A DNA stretch of 64,000 nt, taken from assembly GCA_965223905.1 (NCBI GenBank), contig CBDCXV010000001.1, positions 1,568,001 to 1,632,000 on the forward strand. The letters are read 5' to 3'. Numbering within the stretch: the first letter of the stretch is position 1; each line of letters begins with the position of its first letter. Under the pieces are notes generated by a model. It made no database searches and was not told the DNA's origin. It worked only from the letters and a program-made list of their open reading frames with translations. The position numbers and the translations under genes are program-made. Origin of the DNA: Candidatus Latescibacterota bacterium (GTDB lineage: Bacteria; Latescibacterota; UBA2968; UBA8231). This document shows, one piece after another, positions 40,446-48,976 of this stretch.

Positions 40446-41255
40446 ATGCAGCTCGACGACAGCCATTACGAGGCCTTCATGGAGCAGGGGTACGTGGTGG
40501 TCGAGGGATTCTACCCCGAGGAGAAGCGGGCCCGCATAGCCGCCCTCCTCCGCCGCATCATGCCCCCCTGGGAGGAGATTCGAGAGAACCCGCCCGAGGG
40601 GGGCCTGCTCAAGGACGACTTCCCGTACGAGGAGCAGTACTTCAACCACCTCATCCTCGACCCCGACCTGGTCGGCTTCGTGCGGCGGGTGCTCGACACG
40701 GAGAAGATCCACTTCCGCTACGCCCACAACTGGACCCGCTACCCCAACGGCCCGAAGGATAACCGCATGCACCGCGACAACGGCAACAACTCGCTGCTGC
40801 CGCCGTGCGGCGACGTCCGCTACGGGCAGATCAGCTCCTGGTACTTCCCCGAGGACGTGCCGGAAGACCAGGCGCCGATGATGGTCATCCCCAAGAAGTT
40901 CGGGGACGACGCCGGCAAGGGGGTGATGCTGGCGGTGCCGGGGGGCACGCAGATGATCTTCAACACCTATCTGTGGCACTCGGCCACCCCGTTCATGGGG
41001 AGCGAGGGGCAGCGCTACTCGGTGACCCGGATCTACGGCCGGGCGGATCATTACTGGGAAGGGGTCCGCAGCTACACCAACCTGGCGTCGGTGGAGCATT
41101 TCCGGGAGTTCATCGGCTCGATCAGCGCCGAGCAGCGGGAGCTGTTCCGGTTTCCCCCGGCAGGGCATTCGTACTACGACACCGAGACGCTGGCTGCGCT
41201 GGAGGAGCATTACCCTGGGTGGGGTGCCGGGGGGGAGTACACGGAGGCAGGGTAG
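40446..41255 (+). CDS. PhyH family dioxygenase
   Basis: EQGYVVV, MHRD and LWHSA motifs. Confidence 0.85.
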   Translation: MQLDDSHYEAFMEQGYVVVEGFYPEEKRARIAALLRRIMPPWEEIRENPPEGGLLKDDFPYEEQYFNHLILDPDLVGFVRRVLDTEKIHFRYAHNWTRYPNGPKDNRMHRDNGNNSLLPPCGDVRYGQISSWYFPEDVPEDQAPMMVIPKKFGDDAGKGVMLAVPGGTQMIFNTYLWHSATPFMGSEGQRYSVTRIYGRADHYWEGVRSYTNLASVEHFREFIGSISAEQRELFRFPPAGHSYYDTETLAALEEHYPGWGAGGEYTEAG

Positions 41256-41439
41256 GCTGGAGATGTAGGGGTAGGGAGTGAATGGCCAAGGTGAAGGCTT
41301 TGAACTTTCCCGGTTTGCAATGCCAGGGGATCTTTGTCAGGAGTAACTCCCCGCAGCCATTACCCGAACCATTTGTTCGGACGCTATCAGTAATGTGCCA
41401 TGGCATGAGAATTCGACCTGATACCGAGATGCTTTTTCC

Positions 41440-41772
41440 ATGAAATTGCCCGATGGCGAAAATGCGCTGGTACCAATCCAAAAAATTGAACAATATCTGC
41501 TTTCCGAGGTGCATGCCATAGGTCGAGCAAAGGCGCGATTCTTCCAAAGTGTCGGATATCAACCACGAGATGCTTCTGTTCTCGCCGCTGATTTAGCATC
41601 CATTGCCCGCAATGAGCAGGTCTCCGACGTTGCGGAGACACGTCATGGCACCAAGTATGTTGTGGATGGCAACCTGAAAACCCCATCGGGTTCGAGTGTT
41701 CGCATACGGACGGTCTGGATTGTTGAGGCAAGTCTGGATAGGCCGCGTTTGGTGACAGCGTATCCAGGCTGA
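41440..41772 (+). CDS. DUF6883-like putative toxin
   Basis: MKLP..ENA.V..KIEQYLLS..H..GRAKARFF...TVWI...PRLVTAYP. Confidence 0.75.
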   Translation: MKLPDGENALVPIQKIEQYLLSEVHAIGRAKARFFQSVGYQPRDASVLAADLASIARNEQVSDVAETRHGTKYVVDGNLKTPSGSSVRIRTVWIVEASLDRPRLVTAYPG

Positions 41773-41792
41773 TCAAGGAGGATTGAGTTGAG

Positions 41793-42026
41793 ATGACTGA
41801 ATTGGATCTGGTAGTTCTCGAGGAGTCCATTGTAGAGCACGGTCTGGTGGCGGGCGATGTGGGGACGGTCGTCCATAGATATGCAGATGAGAAGGCGTCG
41901 GAGGTAGAGTTCGTGGATACCCAAGGTACCACCATTGCTGTTCTGACTCTGGAAGATTCGGTAGTGCGTACTCCCATGGCGGGTGAAATTCTACACGTTA
42001 GAGATGTATCGCCCGCGGGCTCCTGA
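41793..42026 (+). CDS. DUF4926 protein (putative antitoxin/immunity)
   Basis: ELDLVVL....HGLVAGDVGTVVH....EVEF....G.TIAVLTL. Confidence 0.85.
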   Translation: MTELDLVVLEESIVEHGLVAGDVGTVVHRYADEKASEVEFVDTQGTTIAVLTLEDSVVRTPMAGEILHVRDVSPAGS

Positions 42027-42034
42027 CCTTTCTA

Positions 42035-42478
42035 GCAGATCAGCTCATGGTACTTCCCCGGACGTGCCGGAGGACCGGGCGCCGATGGCCGATGATGGTC
42101 GTCCCCAAGAAGTTCGGGGACGACGCCGGCAAGGGGGTGCTGCTGGCGGTGCCGGGGGGCACGCAGATGATCTTCAATACCTACCTGTGGCACTCGGCCA
42201 CCCCATTCAGAGCGAGCGAGGGGCAGCGCTACTCGGTAACCCGGATCTACGGCCGCGCCGACCATTACTGGGAAGGGGTCCGCAGCTACACCAACCTGGC
42301 GTTGGTGGAGCCGTTCCGGGAGTTCATCGGCTCGATCAGCGCCGAGCAGCGGGAGCTGTTCCGGTTTCCCCCGGCGGGGGACTCGTACTACAACGGGGTG
42401 ACGCTGGCTGGGTTGGAGGAGCATTATCCTGGGTGGAAGGCGGGTGGAGAGTACACGGAGTGGGGCAACTTAGATTAA
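42035..42478 (+). pseudogene. Diverged duplicate of the 3' half of the PhyH gene at 40446-41255
   Basis: Aligns with 40826-41246 with small indels at its start; no 5' half present. Confidence 0.92.
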
Positions 42479-42588
42479 CATGGGAAGTAAAACGATAACA
42501 GCAAATAATACTGTGAAGGAAAGTTTGGGGGAAAGGTTTCTAAAGGTGTCTTTATCTTGTTGTTGATTACGATAAAGAAACAGGGGCT

Positions 42589-43605
42589 ATGAAACGATAC
42601 TGGACCACTGATGAATTTGTACTAAGGCAGAAACGTCGAATACGAAAATCAGAACGCCTAAAGCAGAAAAGGAGAAAACAGTATAGGAGACCGCGCAAGG
42701 AATCACCGAAACCCCGAGCGACACGCTCGGGTCTGGAAGAACAAACCCTGGTTGCACCAGAAGTACTTAATCTTTTTGTAGAACCTAATGAAACTCTCAA
42801 CTACTGTAACACATTGCGATATCACCTTAACAAACGGGAAATTAAAGTCGATCTTGATCTTCGCAATATCCGTAGTTTTTCAAGTGATGCGCTTCTTTTA
42901 ATGCGGGCAATCATTTTGAACTCAAGAAGCCCCACTCGATCAGTCGGTGGAAATCTGCCGGTGGATCCGAAGGTGGCTTCCGAATTCAAAGCATCTGGTT
43001 TTTTCCAGGGGTTTGATCAGCCACCTGCTGATCTTCCTCCTGCCAAGGGGTTGATGTTGGACAAATCAAATTTTCGGGTGTATGCGAAAACTGCTTCGGA
43101 GTTGGTGGATTTCGCTGAAAATCACGTTGCAATCACTAGAGAATGCACTAACGCATGTTTTCAGACTCTTGTTGAGGTCATGACGAATACACACAACCAC
43201 GCGGGTGACAAGAAGCCCGGCATGCGTGAAGAAAAATGGTTTGTCAGTGTTTACTGCATAGAAGGATTGGCTTACTTCAATTTTGTTGATCTTGGAATTG
43301 GCATTTTAAAGAGCGCCCAAGCTATCAATTTCCTGAAAAGATTCGGTTCATCGCTTTTTGCGTTTGGCCGAATCAGCCTACTAAAAGAGGCCTTCAATGG
43401 TACAATCGGGTCTGTTACCGGTAATCCAGGCAGGGGTCTCGGGCTTCCAAGAATGAAATGGGATGCGGAAAACGATAAGCTGTCTGATCTCCAGGTATTG
43501 ACTTCTAATGTAATCGGATCTGTTGCTGATTTAGATTTCAAATCAATTCACCCTTCATTACATGGCACATTGTTTCGTTGGTGCGCCGGACCCAAAGGAG
43601 TCTGA
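42589..43605 (+). CDS. GHKL (histidine-kinase-like) ATPase with basic N-terminus and probable STAS-like domain
   Basis: N box EVMTNTHNHA, G1 DLGIGI, G2 GRGLGL; low GC. Confidence 0.8.
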   Translation: MKRYWTTDEFVLRQKRRIRKSERLKQKRRKQYRRPRKESPKPRATRSGLEEQTLVAPEVLNLFVEPNETLNYCNTLRYHLNKREIKVDLDLRNIRSFSSDALLLMRAIILNSRSPTRSVGGNLPVDPKVASEFKASGFFQGFDQPPADLPPAKGLMLDKSNFRVYAKTASELVDFAENHVAITRECTNACFQTLVEVMTNTHNHAGDKKPGMREEKWFVSVYCIEGLAYFNFVDLGIGILKSAQAINFLKRFGSSLFAFGRISLLKEAFNGTIGSVTGNPGRGLGLPRMKWDAENDKLSDLQVLTSNVIGSVADLDFKSIHPSLHGTLFRWCAGPKGV

Positions 43606-43608
43606 GGA

Positions 43609-43962
43609 ATGATAAAAATCAATATAGCTAAAGATTTCACTCAATTTCCTGGTCCTCGATACAAAAATCAGGGACCGGGGTCCGGACAGGAGTTCCGGGA
43701 AAACCACTTAGAACCTGCGTTCCTGAAAGCCAGAGAGACTAGTGGGCAAGTCACAATCGAACTCGATGGTCTAAAATACAGTTACCCCACGTCCTTTCTT
43801 GAAGAGGCATTTGGGGGCCTTGCCAGGCAGTACGGAATAGATGAAGTTGAGCGAATCTTACGCTTCGTGTCGGCTAATGAACCATTACTCGACACCGAAT
43901 GTCGCCACTACATAAAGCATGCACACGATACGCCCGGGACAAGTTTTAGGGGGGAGAAATGA
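43609..43962 (+). CDS. STAS-like DUF4325 protein
   Basis: DFTQFPGPRY..GPGSGQEFRE...IELDG..YPTSFLEEAFGGL. Confidence 0.85.
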   Translation: MIKINIAKDFTQFPGPRYKNQGPGSGQEFRENHLEPAFLKARETSGQVTIELDGLKYSYPTSFLEEAFGGLARQYGIDEVERILRFVSANEPLLDTECRHYIKHAHDTPGTSFRGEK

Positions 43963-44507
43963 AAATACCAAAAAAAATAATCCTTCCCTTAGTGATCGGC
44001 GTTCTCATTGGAACCTTTGTAATGTCGTGGGTGGATACACCTCACATTTCAATTTGCTTGATAAATGCGGGGGTAACCTTGGTGGTCGGCTGGTGGATCC
44101 ACAGCGCTGTTCGACGCAGGGGGGAATCAGAGCGCGTTTCGACCGATTACTTATCAAATCTTAGCCGCCGGATTGACGAGTTGATAATGACGTGTCAAGG
44201 CGTTACAAACAGGGGGCCCGACGGTACTATTGAATTCACACGGCTCTCGAATGAGATATATTGGTTATGCATTGTTGCGGAGAAAATGAAACCCAGTCTG
44301 ACTTCATCGGTAGAAAAACTCCGTACACATTTCTTTATTTTCAAAACGCACTTGACCGGGGATGCTAATCCAGAAATTGGATTGGCATTGATGGAAGCAA
44401 ACGAAATGCGAATGACAGTTTTGAAAATCCATTGGGATCTGTGTCGATGTGTCTTAGATCGAAGGACTGATACGGGCCTTTTTCCCGGTTTCGAGGATGA
44501 TGTTTGA
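43959..44507 (+). CDS. Hypothetical protein with two N-terminal TM helices
   Basis: Two hydrophobic segments followed by a helical domain; ATGA overlap with the upstream gene. Confidence 0.7.
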   Translation: MKIPKKIILPLVIGVLIGTFVMSWVDTPHISICLINAGVTLVVGWWIHSAVRRRGESERVSTDYLSNLSRRIDELIMTCQGVTNRGPDGTIEFTRLSNEIYWLCIVAEKMKPSLTSSVEKLRTHFFIFKTHLTGDANPEIGLALMEANEMRMTVLKIHWDLCRCVLDRRTDTGLFPGFEDDV

Positions 44508-44532
44508 AGTGGTCCGAAAGTAGGTGCTGGGT

Positions 44533-45243
44533 TTAAATTTTTTGCAGCGCCAGCCAGCGTTCCCACCAGACTCGCACCAGGTCGGGCAGGGCCGGCCCGA
44601 TGTTCTCCGCCACGCGCCACTGGAAGCAGTTGTCGGGCTCCAGCTTGGGTTCGTCCGGGTCGTACTTGCACAGCCCTCCTCTCAACACGAGCCGCTCGTT
44701 CACCCCCGGGGGCAGCTTGCCGCGGTGGATGGTGTTGCCGTCCCAGAACAGGGTCTGGCCCCGCTTGAGGACGACGTTCTCCATGCCGGGGAGATCCCTG
44801 TGCCTGTCGGAGACGAGGGCGTCCCGCTCCTCGTCGGTGCGGTAGCGGCTCTGGCTCCAGGGGACCAGCCACAGGCAGGGGTCGTCGATCAGGGCCGGCT
44901 GCCAGCGGAAGTTGGTCTTCGGCTTGTTGAGGAGGGCCATCTCCCCGTCGTAGGGGAGGTCGCGGTTCGTCCCCCCAACGTCCCGGTGCCAGCCGGTGTC
45001 GTAGGTCTCCCGGGCGTTGCGCAGGTGGACGTAGCCCAGCCGTAACTCCTTGCCCAGGAAGGCCTCGACGTATTGCAGCAGCTTCGGGGTCAGGAAATGC
45101 TCGCCGAATACGGGCTCGCCGAACTCGGGGGCGATCAGCCCGAAAATCGCCCCGGCGTCGGGCCCCATGCCGGGGACGTCCACCTCTCCGGACCGCACCT
45201 TGTTCCAGACGTTCCAGGAGGCGGTCTCGAGCCGTTTCAGCAT
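44533..45243 (-). pseudogene. PhyH family dioxygenase, 5'-truncated
   Basis: GWHRD, LWLVPWSQ and TIHRG motifs. The frame extends upstream only to DVFGPDM and lacks the usual N-terminal GY segment. Confidence 0.7.
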
Positions 45244-45273
45244 ATCCGGGCCGAAGACGTCGTAAGATGCACC

Positions 45274-45534
45274 CTAATTTGACTCGCCGACTTGAATCGA
45301 GCCACAGTTGTTTTGGGTGTTCGACTCTCCTGCGACCGCATCCACACAGGCAATGTAGTACGTGCCCTCACTCGGCTGGGTGGTTAGATCGATCTGCTCA
45401 TTCCTGATGACGGCAGGCGCCAGGGCGTCCACGGTGTCCGTGCCGACTTCCGTATCGTCTGGAGAAAACGTCGCGTCTGCCGACCGGTAGTAGCGCAGGG
45501 TTGTAGCCGCCGACGTAACATCGCCATCATTTTG
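45274..45534 (-). pseudogene. Last CARDB domain of the surface-protein gene, cut off by the IS
   Basis: ATTLRYYRS...YYIACVDAVAGES..NNC. Joins in frame to 47005-47095 once the IS is removed. Confidence 0.85.
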
Positions 45535-46997
45535 GGCTATATACGGGTTTTTCAACGTGGTATTTATAGCGTTTCCCCAATGAGATTTTTAGGGTTTCAT
45601 ACTGTACGGAATCGGGCCGGAATCTGCGCAGGGATATCGAGGTCTCCGACGCACAGGTAAATCAGGTCGGCAAAGGCATCCAGAGTTTTAAATCCACTGG
45701 CTCGATTCTTGACCATGCGGATAATGCGATTGAGCCCTTCGGCGGCGGCGTTGGTCAGGTGCGTGTCGACGAAGGCGGTGATGCCGGCCGCCTGCTTGCG
45801 CACCGTGTTGACGAACTTGCGCAGGGGCTGCAGGCGGCTGCGCAGGGCCGCCGTCGTCCACTTCTTGAGGAAGCGTTCGGCGGCCCAGCGCGCCTTGTAG
45901 CGCCAGAAGTGCTCGAACTCGTCCTTCAGGCTTAGGCGCGGTAGATGCGGCGGTTGGCCTTCTCCAGGGTTTGGAGCGTGCGCCGATCCTTTCGCGAGCG
46001 CTGGGCGGAGTGATGCAGCAGCACCCAGCGCAGGCCCTTGAGCAGCTTGCGGTCCTCGCCACAGGCTTGCCGCCACTGCTCCTTGCGCACCTCGTCGACG
46101 GCTTCGTTGAGGGCCTTGACGACGTGGAATCGGTCCAGGACCAACTCGGCGTTGGGACAATGCTGCCGGATGGCGCCGATGAAGGTCTCGCTCAGGTCGC
46201 AGCAGGCCCAGCGGATGCGGTCCTTCTGGAAGTCGCTGAGATGGTCCCGGAAAAACGCGTCGATGGTCTTCCGTGCCTTGCCCTTGCCGACCCAGACGAC
46301 ACGGGAGCGTTCCAGGTCGTAGACCAGGGTAGCGTATTTATGGCCCTTGGCGTAGGAGATCTCGTCGATGCCGAGGGTCTTCAGCCGGCGGATGCGGTGC
46401 CCCGTACGCCGGCGCTCGATGAGCCGGTGCAGCTGGTCGGACAGGGTCGACGGGGCCAGACCCAGCAGGCGCGCGGCGGCGGCCTGCGTCATCCACTGGC
46501 AGTACCTCAGCAGCAGGTATTCGAAGCGGTAGCTGACCTGGGCCGAGGGCGCCGCCCAGGGCACCTCCTCGACGCGACGGCCGTGGGTCGGGCAGCGGAT
46601 CTCCCGAGGGGCGTGGTGCAACCAGAGGGTACGGCCGCAAACGCGGACGTCGCGCCAGCGGCGGAACTCCATGACCTGTACGATCTTGCCGCGGCGCCCA
46701 CACTCGGGACACCGGCACCCGTTCCTTTGGGGCTTCACCGCGATCACGACGGCCGCTTCTTCCCCGTGTCCTTCGAACCACACGCCCACCGCGCGAAATC
46801 CCTTGAATTGGAACAGCTTGGAGACGAACTTCATAGCGGTCATAGGTCGCCTTCCCTTCCCTTTCTTGGGGAGTGCTTGATGGGGATACACCAAGCATAG
46901 GGAACGACCTATGGCCTTGTCATGTACTCAGATGGACAGCAAGGGCTCAGGTACTTTCCGTACTTACGTTTCGGCGTTGAAAAACCCGGATAGACCC
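45535..46997 (-). mobile_element. ISL3-family insertion sequence (1463 bp)
   Basis: 23-bp terminal inverted repeats (20/23: GGCTATATACGGGTTTTTCAACG vs GGGTCTATCCGGGTTTTTCAACG) and an 8-bp target duplication TCATTTTG at 45527-45534 and 46998-47005. Confidence 0.95.
45597..46843 (-). pseudogene. ISL3 transposase, frameshifted near 45930
   Basis: CPECG zinc finger, LGIDE, DRFHV, then LKDEF..TNAAAEGLN..GF in another frame. Confidence 0.9.
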
Positions 46998-47095
46998 TCA
47001 TTTTGAACCCCTACCTCCAGCGAAAAACCAAATGCGCCCTCGGGATTGACCCAAGGACTATGGGACACCACAAGAGCATGGATGTCCAAGTCTGG

Positions 47096-48976
47096 TTAAT
47101 TCCCGGGTGGCGGCGGTGGCGCACTGACGGTCACTTGCACCCCGCTGGAGCAGTTGTTGCCGGTGGCGGATTCTTCAGAAACCGCATCAACGCAAGCCCC
47201 GTAGTAGTACGTGCCCGCCGTCGCCGGTGCCGTCAGACGAATCGTTGCCGCGTAGTTTTGCAGAGGGCCTTTCTCCCCCACTACATCCGTGCCCTCCAAC
47301 ATGTCGGATGTCGTGATCGTCGCGTCCGTCGAGCGGAAGTACCGCACCGTTGTGGTTGCCGACTGTGCATCTCCCTGGTTGTGCACCGTCACAATTAGCC
47401 TGAACGTCCCGCCCGTCTCCGGGGTGCTGTCGCTCACATTTGGCCCTAGCACAATCAAGTCCGGCGCAGGCCCCTCCCCCTCCACCGTGACCGTCACTTG
47501 CACCCCGCTGGAACAGTTGTTCCCGGTGGCGGATTCTCCAGAAACCGCATCAACGCACACCCCGTAGTAGTAGGTGCCCGCGTCCGTCGGTGCCGTCAGA
47601 CTGATCTCGATCTCTTCACTGTTAGTACCGGAGGCCGTAAGGGCGCCTACCTCACCCGTGCCCACCTGCGTATCGCTCGAAGAGATCGACCTGTCCGTTG
47701 AACGGTAGTAGCGTAGCGTCGTCGCCGACGACGAACCATTGCCCTGGTTGTGCACCGTCGGAAATAGCCCGAACGTCTCGCCCGTCTCCAGGGTGCTGTC
47801 GCTCACATTTAGCCCTAGCACAACCAAGTCCGGCGCAGGCCCCTCCCCCTCCACCGTGACCGTCACTTGCACCCCGCTGGAACAGTTGTTCCCAGTGGCG
47901 GATTCTCCAGAAACCGCATCAACGCAAGCCCCGTAGTAGTACGTGCCCGCCGTCGCCGGTGCCGTCAGACGAATCGTTGCCGCGTAGTTTTGCAGAGGGC
48001 CTTTCTCCCCCACTACATCCGTGCCCTCCAACATGTCGGATGTCGTGATCGTCGCGTCCGTCGAGCGGAAGTACCGCACCGTTGTGGTTGCCGACTGTGC
48101 ATCTCCCTGGTTGTGCACCGTCACAATTAGCCTGAACGTCCCGCCCGTCTCCGGGGTGCTGTCGCTCACATTTGGCCCTAGCACAATCAAGTCCGGCGCA
48201 GGCCCCTCCCCCTCCACCGTGACCGTCACTTGCACCCCGCTGGAACAGTTGTTCCCGGTGGCGGATTCTCCAGAAACCGCATCAACGCACACCCCGTAGT
48301 AGTAGGTGCCCGCGTCCGTCGGTGCCGTCAGACTGATCTCGATCTCTTCACTGTTAGTACCGGAGGCCGTAAGGGCGCCTACCTCACCCGTGCCCACCTG
48401 CGTATCGCTCGAAGAGATCGACCTGTCCGTTGAACGGTAGTAGCGTAGCGTCGTCGCCGACGACGAACCATTGCCCTGGTTGTGCACCGTCGGAAATAGC
48501 CCGAACGTCTCGCCCGTCTCCAGGGTGCTGTCGCTCACATTTAGCCCTAGCACAACCAAGTCCGGCGCAGGCCCCTCCCCCTCCACCGTGACCGTCACTT
48601 GCACCCCGCTGGAACAGTTGTTCCCAGTGGCGGATTCTCCAGAAACCGCATCAACGCAAGCCCCGTAGTAGTAGGTGCCCGCGCCCGTCGGTGCCGTCAG
48701 ACTGATCTCCTCACTGCTAGTACCGGAGGCCGTAAGGGCGCCTACCTCACCCGTGCCCACCTGCGTATCGCTCGAAGAGATCGACCTGTCCGTTGAACGG
48801 TAGTAGTGCAGCGTCGTCGACGCTGACGAGCCATTGCCGCTGTTGCGTACCGTAACGCTCAATGTGAAGGATGTTGCGGCATCCGGGCTGCTGTTGCTGA
48901 CCGAAGGAGACTCAATTACCAGATCAGGTGCATTGTTCTGCGTTGGTGGTGGAGTGCCTCCAGTTGCTACCGCCAC
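47096..48976 (-). CDS. CARDB-repeat region (5 domains), frameshifted continuation of the upstream surface protein
   Basis: Five PDL...TLRYYRS...YYYGACVDAVSGES.TGNNCS units. Confidence 0.85.
   Translation of the reverse strand: MAVATGGTPPPTQNNAPDLVIESPSVSNSSPDAATSFTLSVTVRNSGNGSSASTTLHYYRSTDRSISSSDTQVGTGEVGALTASGTSSEEISLTAPTGAGTYYYGACVDAVSGESATGNNCSSGVQVTVTVEGEGPAPDLVVLGLNVSDSTLETGETFGLFPTVHNQGNGSSSATTLRYYRSTDRSISSSDTQVGTGEVGALTASGTNSEEIEISLTAPTDAGTYYYGVCVDAVSGESATGNNCSSGVQVTVTVEGEGPAPDLIVLGPNVSDSTPETGGTFRLIVTVHNQGDAQSATTTVRYFRSTDATITTSDMLEGTDVVGEKGPLQNYAATIRLTAPATAGTYYYGACVDAVSGESATGNNCSSGVQVTVTVEGEGPAPDLVVLGLNVSDSTLETGETFGLFPTVHNQGNGSSSATTLRYYRSTDRSISSSDTQVGTGEVGALTASGTNSEEIEISLTAPTDAGTYYYGVCVDAVSGESATGNNCSSGVQVTVTVEGEGPAPDLIVLGPNVSDSTPETGGTFRLIVTVHNQGDAQSATTTVRYFRSTDATITTSDMLEGTDVVGEKGPLQNYAATIRLTAPATAGTYYYGACVDAVSEESATGNNCSSGVQVTVSAPPPPPGN
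47130..48690. repeat. Near-perfect tandem duplication with a 732-bp period (CARDB pair)
   Basis: Identical antisense ORFs at 47289/48021, 47498/48230 and 47739/48471, each offset by 732. Edges are approximate. Confidence 0.9.

Noticed and set aside
40446-42478. Diversity-generating retroelement template/variable repeat pair
   Set aside because: Differences are not adenine-specific and no reverse transcriptase is present.
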